A DNA stretch of 64,000 bases from positions 64,001-128,000 of IMG/VR virus record IMGVR_UViG_3300038856_000064; one strand, written 5' to 3'. The notes below the pieces were generated by a model, which had not been told where the DNA came from, searched no databases, and saw nothing but the letters and a program-made list of their open reading frames with translations. This DNA is from a virus. The position numbers and the translations under genes were made by a program. This document shows positions 58,446-64,000 of this stretch, piece by piece; position 1 is the stretch's first letter; every line of letters begins with the position of its first letter.

Positions 58446-59384
58446 CTAGCAAATTCCGTAGCCACCTGTGTTATTGCCATAGCCGCCATAACGAGGTATA
58501 GTAACATCGCGTCCGGATGCCCCGGCAAGCCTCCAGCGAAGATCGGAGATTGCTTTACTCAATTCCTCACGGATAGCCGTAAGATTGAATTTGGTCATAT
58601 CTGCACGATGACTAAGGCGACCAACAGCCTTAGAGATGCTAACACCATCTGCGTTGGTTGAAGACACTCCGTCGCTAGCAATGCCAACAAGCCCGCTACC
58701 AAACGAACCGGCGGTAACTTGATTTAATCTAGCGAGAGCAGTTGACTCTCCGGTTAATAGAATCTCTTCCATTTGTAGCACTAATATATCTGCATATGGA
58801 TCAGTGCTTGGGTCGATAGTTCCATTTTCTAAATTAAGAGTTAAAACGGGGGTAGAGGCTCTTGAGTTAAATGCGATAAGCCAAATATAATAGCTTTGTT
58901 CAGATAGTCTCACTAATGCTAGACGACGATTTACTCGACTGATAGCTTTTTTGAGTGTACGGCGCATAAGACCATCTACAAAAATAAGACCATCGGGATC
59001 CCCAACATCGATGCGAACCCTGTCAAATAAACTCTCAACATTATTGTCTGCTGGACTCTGAAATGATGTGGCTAATGTTGCGTCAGCTACACAGAATAAT
59101 TCGGTCGACTGCCCACTCGTTGACGTGGTGGTTATATCCCAAACGATACTCCAATTCTCGCCTAGTTGATATCCAGCGGGGATGATCGCTCCAGATGCAG
59201 TATATACACCAACATCAATCTTGGTCCCAACAGTTTCTGTTACTGCCTCTATTCCGGCGGGATCAAAAATCCTAAATCTAATATCAGTCGGATCTAATGA
59301 TGCGCCATTTTGGCCAGCCGTTACATAGATATCTAGCTCTGTCGCGGCGGTACCAACTGTTAGAATTTTTCCGTCTTGTGACAT
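58446..59384 (-). CDS. putative head-tail adaptor with N-terminal Ig-like domain
   Basis: RVRIDVGD adaptor-like motif; AAGGAGG RBS; class II promoter upstream. Confidence 0.6.
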   Translation of the reverse strand: MSQDGKILTVGTAATELDIYVTAGQNGASLDPTDIRFRIFDPAGIEAVTETVGTKIDVGVYTASGAIIPAGYQLGENWSIVWDITTTSTSGQSTELFCVADATLATSFQSPADNNVESLFDRVRIDVGDPDGLIFVDGLMRRTLKKAISRVNRRLALVRLSEQSYYIWLIAFNSRASTPVLTLNLENGTIDPSTDPYADILVLQMEEILLTGESTALARLNQVTAGSFGSGLVGIASDGVSSTNADGVSISKAVGRLSHRADMTKFNLTAIREELSKAISDLRWRLAGASGRDVTIPRYGGYGNNTGGYGIC

Positions 59385-59413
59385 CGAGCCTCCTTGATAA
59401 ACTGGTTACTAAA

Positions 59414-59424
59414 TAATACACTAA
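59414..59424 (-). promoter_or_regulatory. class II (late-type) promoter
   Basis: TTAGTGTATTA directly after the stop of the inserted endonuclease gene. Confidence 0.7.
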
Positions 59425-60954
59425 TTATCGAATAATAAATTCCCACCTCTGCTTTGGTGGAACTATAACCTTAATAAGACCCAGAGAATTCGCATAATTT
59501 GACTCAGACTGGCCAGCAGGAACTCTACACTTACTTTTGTGATATTCGTTACCCTCTTGATCGATATAGATATAATCGGACCTCATTTTATTATCAACTA
59601 GAATAAAATTACAGGCTTTATAGAGGGTGCCGCCATGATGGCGAGGGTCGTGCCAACTTACTACCTTACCGCGATAACCTGTCTTCTTTAACCATCTTAA
59701 GGACCTGGCAACCATCCATGAGGTCGTATTATTGTATGGGTGCGGCAATCTAACTCTGTCAAAAATAGCGCAACGATTGAGACAAACCGACTTTTCATGA
59801 GGATTGGCGACACCGCCAAATGTCACGACACCACAAAGTATATCGTTATAGTAAAACCCAAGACGATGCTTGTCACGTCCAGACGCCGACTTGAGATAAT
59901 GTACGCGACGCAGAAAATCGTCTGCTATAACCTTATTTATTTCCCTAACCTCAAATCTATAGTTATGCTTTATTCGTAAGCAAAGCTTATCCAATACATC
60001 ATCCTTGCTGGTCAATATTATGTAGTTGAATTGATTGTCTTTATAGTATTGAATTTTCTCGGCAAACTTATCTGGCCGCTTGCGCGACTCACCAAGACCG
60101 TCATACTCGACCCATAGATCTTGATTTGGTAAGTAAAAGTCACAAGTCCATTTACGATCTTCACAAACCCTCTTATGCGGTTCGTAATCAATAAAATTCT
60201 GGTACAACAAATCAGCCAATCGCTTCTCTTCTATGGAGTCATAAAATGTATTATCATTACCTAGTTGCCTTTTATCGACATCGATATTAGCCAACTCAAG
60301 TATTTCCTTCCAGCTCTTGTTTGGGAAACGCTTATAATAACACGAATTATTAATATTCTGATTAGAAGATAACTCCTCGTGTTTTAAACGACCTAGTAAC
60401 TCATTGTCTGTTTTCTTAACGCCAGATCGTGATACCTCAAGCCCCGCCTCCCTCAATGCATTTGGCCAACTACCGAATTTTCTACGTATTGTTTCAGCAC
60501 TATACAATGTATTCGCCTGTTTATATTTTTCAATAGTTAGTATTCCGTCACACTCCTTCGATGCACTTATTAGAGCTTCAACTAATTCCTTTTTTGTTGA
60601 GCCATATACCCTATTTGGCTTAATCCCAGCAATTTGAAGTCCCTTAACCCAACTACCGAAATGCCTTTCTACTGCCGTAAGCTTTACCCCTCCCTCTACC
60701 CTAAATAAGTCTGAATTATTGCTACCAGTTTTATCATAGAAGTCTCTAATGGCTTGTATTACCTCCTCATCTGTATAATTTTTTCTAGATGTAGGTAACC
60801 CTGCCTCTACCACAGCATTATTCCAACTACCAAACTCTTTATTCACTATGAAGCGACTATATTTAGTATCAGCTTCATCATATAGCTTTCGAGTAATTTT
60901 ACCATGCTGACTAAAAACACCTTTAATGTCCGATATTATTTCTTGTTTACTCAT
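59425..60954 (-). mobile_element. HE-associated repeats + Vsr/PD-(D/E)XK-like nuclease + Mom-like GNAT domain fusion
   Basis: Three clear FGSW...AG(L/I) repeats plus a degenerate fourth; CDFY..WVEYDG; HYL...GVVTFG...LNR...SWMVARSL...SWHDP..HGGTLYKACNF. Confidence 0.75.
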
Positions 60955-60959
60955 ACTAA

Positions 60960-60987
60960 TATTATGTGTCTAGAAGTAATAATCGTG
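60960..60987 (-). promoter_or_regulatory. class I phage promoter, leaderless
   Basis: CACGATTATTACTTCTAGACACATAATA followed by 5 nt and then ATG. Confidence 0.8.
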
Positions 60988-61011
60988 CTCTCTAATTGGC
61001 ATAGACAGGCT

Positions 61012-61040
61012 AAAAGAAAAGGGCTGGCCTGGCCAGCCCC
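61012..61040 (-). terminator. rho-independent terminator after the capsid gene
   Basis: GGGCUGGC-CAG-GCCAGCCC followed by UUUUCUUUU. Confidence 0.88.
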
Positions 61041-61076
61041 TAACTTCATATAAGCTACCGACTTAGGATATAAATC

Positions 61077-62108
61077 CTAGAAGGCCCCCAAGAGCACCCG
61101 GCGGTTGTCAAGACATGCGAAACCATGACGCATCCAGCCAAAGATACCCATGCGCTGGTATCTGGTGAGTGCATCGTCATCGTATACCTCAAGCTCTTCC
61201 TTGATTGGCATGACAAAGGAATCGTCTGCTTCACTAAGGTCAAGACCAACACAGAACTGTTCGGTGTTGTTTGGCTTAGTTAGACTGAGAACAGTCTCTA
61301 GGAAGGCATCGTATTCTTGGTCCTGACCAAACTCGGTCATTGCGTGCATGATGACACCGTAGATTTCTGCAAGACCCTTTTCAGAGCTTGTAAAGATCTC
61401 GCGACGAGTAAACTCATCGACACGGCTTGCGTCCCATGCTCGGACGTGCTCCATTGCTTCTAGAGAAACGTAGAGGTCGGTTAGACGCCCTGCGTTTCCG
61501 TTACCACCAGCACCACGAGTCATCGCTGTGTGCATACGGCTTACTAGTTCCTTGGTGAATTCACCAGGATTTGGCGACGTGGTTAGGGTATTGACAGATC
61601 CTGTAAATACCGCAGTGCCACTTGCTCCTACGACCAGACCACGGTCCGCTGCTGCGGCGAGGATAGTGCGCCAGCCATCAGAGTTGATCTTGCGAACAAA
61701 ACCAGCCTCAAATACCTGTAGTGCGCGCTTGACTACGTCCCAACGTGCTTCCTTCATAAATTTGATATCCCAATCAATTGAGTTACCAATCTTGAAGGTA
61801 GGAACGTTGATCTCACTTGCTTCTACTCGACGTTCTGGCAGACGACCCTGCTCAGCTAGAGTATAAGCTGTGTAAGTGTCCTCATCACCCGGACGAACAA
61901 AGTCTAGCGGATAACTAGCCGTTGCTCCGTAAGGAATGACCTGTGGAGTATAGATATCACCCAAGTTGTCAGCATCAAAGATGCCTCGACGTAGGGGTGC
62001 AACTAATTCCTGTGCGAACGACTTTCGTGCAGCCTCTGACATGCCCTGATCGCGGGAGGCCATCGCACGTAGAAGCGTTAGCATCTGCTCATCTTGCTTC
62101 TCATACAT
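61077..62108 (-). CDS. major capsid protein (HK97-fold)
   Basis: 343 aa after the scaffold and decoration genes; GGAGGT RBS; terminator after; HK97-like C-terminus G.FGW..HGFACLDNR. Confidence 0.85.
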   Translation of the reverse strand: MYEKQDEQMLTLLRAMASRDQGMSEAARKSFAQELVAPLRRGIFDADNLGDIYTPQVIPYGATASYPLDFVRPGDEDTYTAYTLAEQGRLPERRVEASEINVPTFKIGNSIDWDIKFMKEARWDVVKRALQVFEAGFVRKINSDGWRTILAAAADRGLVVGASGTAVFTGSVNTLTTSPNPGEFTKELVSRMHTAMTRGAGGNGNAGRLTDLYVSLEAMEHVRAWDASRVDEFTRREIFTSSEKGLAEIYGVIMHAMTEFGQDQEYDAFLETVLSLTKPNNTEQFCVGLDLSEADDSFVMPIKEELEVYDDDALTRYQRMGIFGWMRHGFACLDNRRVLLGAF

Positions 62109-62127
62109 AACTTTTTACCTCCGTTGA

Positions 62128-62610
62128 TTATTGTAGTTCGATTCGAACTTTTGCGAAGCCATCGGAATCAACAGCGCTCATAAACTGACCAACACGAGTG
62201 TGATCACTTAGTGCTCCGGATGGCGTCAAGTTACCATTACCAATGTTTCCATTAGGTGCTAGGTAAGCTGGCTGACCCGCAGCAATCGCTACACCACCGT
62301 TCGCTACGACCAAATCTGTCTGTAGCTCACCACGGCGAAGTAACGTTACAACAGTGCCAATGTCGGCAGTGTCGTACTGAGAACGCTCAAGTTCTTTAGC
62401 ATAGTTGAACTCTTCACGAGTATTGAGTAGGACGCCCATCGGATAGATACCAGATCCATCACCAGCAGCAATCTGCACGGCTCCTACAACATCCACCTTA
62501 CCAGCGACACCAGATGCTACAACTAGAGTGCCCGGCTCTGCCGCGCGATCTAGGATAAACTGCATCGTGGTTTCGTGACGGTGGCTTAAGCCTCCACTTT
62601 TCAATGACAT
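62128..62610 (-). CDS. head decoration/cement protein
   Basis: 160 aa between scaffold and capsid genes; beta-tulip-like G..LL, G.PAYL..NG, VG.F pattern. Confidence 0.7.
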   Translation of the reverse strand: MSLKSGGLSHRHETTMQFILDRAAEPGTLVVASGVAGKVDVVGAVQIAAGDGSGIYPMGVLLNTREEFNYAKELERSQYDTADIGTVVTLLRRGELQTDLVVANGGVAIAAGQPAYLAPNGNIGNGNLTPSGALSDHTRVGQFMSAVDSDGFAKVRIELQ

Positions 62611-62612
62611 AA

Positions 62613-63998
62613 TTAGTCCTCCTTGCCTTTCTTGTTGTCGAGAAGGCTGGCCACTAGCTGACCCATTGGCGACTCGCCATTACTTCCCTCGTCAGCGCTT
62701 GCGCCAGCAAGGTTCGGCTCATTGACCTCTTCGAACAATGCTTCGAGGTCCGCACTAGCCGCTAGGCGTGAGCGTGGAACGCGAGGCATGTCAGCGGGAG
62801 CGCGACCATTACGTGGGCGGAGAACCGCACCGCGATCATCGATCGAAGTCTCGCGATCAGAAGGCGAAAGTAGTCCAGCCTCAGCATCTTCTGCTGCCTT
62901 AGACTCTTCTTTCTTATCTTTGTCCTTCTTGTTCTTGAGTTCAAGCATTTTCTTTGCAAAAAGCTTCTTCTCGTCTAGCCACTCATTATAAAGTTCGTCA
63001 GTGGCTTTGGCTAGGCCAGCCTTAACAAACTTGTCGACCTCGTCGTCTTCGAGACCGAGCAACTCAGCAAAGAGATACTCAATTTCGCGCGTGCGAAGAT
63101 CCTGCTTAATTGAATTCAGCTCTGCTTTAAGGGCAGTGTTCTCTTCAATCAAATTCGTGTCTGCCTCAACATCCTTGTTCTCGACAAGTGCATTGGCCAC
63201 TGCCTTGCGACTATCCGCAATCCAAGCGATCTTAGCCGCCCAAACTGCATCACCGGCACCATCCTTGACATCTAGAGCGCGATCGATACGTGCGATCTCT
63301 TCTGGGGTGTCTTGGGTTGCACCTGCATAGGCTGTGTCAACGGCTGCACGAATCTGTTCTAGAGCACTCTTAGCTTCAGCAAGCTCATTCTCTAGGGCTA
63401 CCTTACGGGCTTGTGCGGATTGTAGATCTGCCTCAGTGCGCTTTGCAGCTTCAGCGCGATCACGCGCCTCTAGTGCTTCAGCAACTCCCTGAGCGATATC
63501 ATCCTTGCTCGCGGCAGCGCGGTTTAGATCGTTCATGTTAACCTCCGTGGTTGATTCATTACTAAACAACGTTGTTTGTGTAACGACTTGATCCTGACCC
63601 AAGCCATCACTTTTTGCTTCGACTAACTCCACTTCGGCAAGCGGGTCAAAAGCAAAATGATTGAGAATTAATGAGCGCTTATTTGCTGGACGATCAACAA
63701 AGGCTACACCGCCAAAGCTGACTCCAGATAGTGCTCTACCGATACGCATACCGCTATATTTGCCAGTACCACCATTAGCTCTAAGGTGTCGCTCCAGGAA
63801 AGCGGTTTCTGGCTTGCGGGCAATGCGGTCAAACAACTCTCCAGATTGGGTGTAAAACCCATAATCGTAGTCGTCAAACCAACATTCCATTGATACGAAA
63901 AGATCGCCCTTCTCAATGCGAGAGACGATCTCTTCCGCTGTACTTTTAATATGTGGTAGGTGATGCCAAACAACACCTTGAATAACTAATTCTATGGG
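62613..63998 (-). CDS. prohead protease/scaffold fusion, 5' end beyond window
   Basis: Frame is open to the edge (PIELVIQGVVWHHLPH...LFVSMECWF); VSME and GVAFVDRPA protease-like motifs, then an acidic coiled-coil scaffold. Confidence 0.8.
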   Translation of the reverse strand, partial: PIELVIQGVVWHHLPHIKSTAEEIVSRIEKGDLFVSMECWFDDYDYGFYTQSGELFDRIARKPETAFLERHLRANGGTGKYSGMRIGRALSGVSFGGVAFVDRPANKRSLILNHFAFDPLAEVELVEAKSDGLGQDQVVTQTTLFSNESTTEVNMNDLNRAAASKDDIAQGVAEALEARDRAEAAKRTEADLQSAQARKVALENELAEAKSALEQIRAAVDTAYAGATQDTPEEIARIDRALDVKDGAGDAVWAAKIAWIADSRKAVANALVENKDVEADTNLIEENTALKAELNSIKQDLRTREIEYLFAELLGLEDDEVDKFVKAGLAKATDELYNEWLDEKKLFAKKMLELKNKKDKDKKEESKAAEDAEAGLLSPSDRETSIDDRGAVLRPRNGRAPADMPRVPRSRLAASADLEALFEEVNEPNLAGASADEGSNGESPMGQLVASLLDNKKGKED

Positions 63999-64000
63999 CT

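Noticed and set aside
151-63855. All plus-strand ORFs and the short nested minus-strand ORFs in the track
   Set aside because: They are antisense or out-of-frame shadows of long, motif-bearing minus-strand genes and show no recognisable domains.
1-64000. Stop-codon reassignment (TAG readthrough), suggested by the abundant CTAG
   Set aside because: Conserved genes are full length under the standard code, and TAG ends many tightly packed genes (e.g. capsid, tape measure, sigma).
1-64000. tRNA, rRNA or CRISPR arrays
   Set aside because: Intergenic gaps are short and accounted for by promoters, terminators or relics; no cloverleaf or repeat-spacer pattern was seen by eye.

Overview
A 64-kb stretch of a large tailed dsDNA phage (Caudoviricetes; probably a long non-contractile tail, since there is a 2180-aa tape measure protein and no sheath gene). 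Every credible gene is on the minus strand. In transcription order (right to left): (1) head module: prohead protease/scaffold (truncated at the window edge), decoration protein, major capsid protein; (2) a mobile endonuclease fused to a Mom-like domain; (3) neck, tail tube, chaperones, tape measure, and tail-tip/LamG fibre proteins; (4) a replication block with RecA, DnaB, DnaG, HAD hydrolase, dNMP kinase, Cas4-like exonuclease, DnaE, SSB and a phage sigma factor; (5) a ~15.5-kb glycan-biosynthesis island running off the left edge, with about 10 glycosyltransferases (including a GT9 missed by the ORF track), a DegT aminotransferase, an N-formyltransferase and a sugar O-methyltransferase, interrupted by GMP reductase/MazG/SLOG genes. 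The most interesting signal is that predicted outer virion proteins are strongly enriched in Ser-Gly dipeptides, while the tape measure protein and DnaE are not. Together with the glycosyltransferase island this suggests a phage-encoded, Ser-Gly-directed virion O-glycosylation system (inference). Also read directly from the DNA: a six-copy bipartite promoter (three copies leaderless), a four-copy late-type promoter, CTAG/TCTAGA over-representation in the sampled regions, two collapsed homing-endonuclease relics, and an unannotated 39-aa membrane microprotein. Product calls rest on recognised motifs only, and all counts are hand counts.
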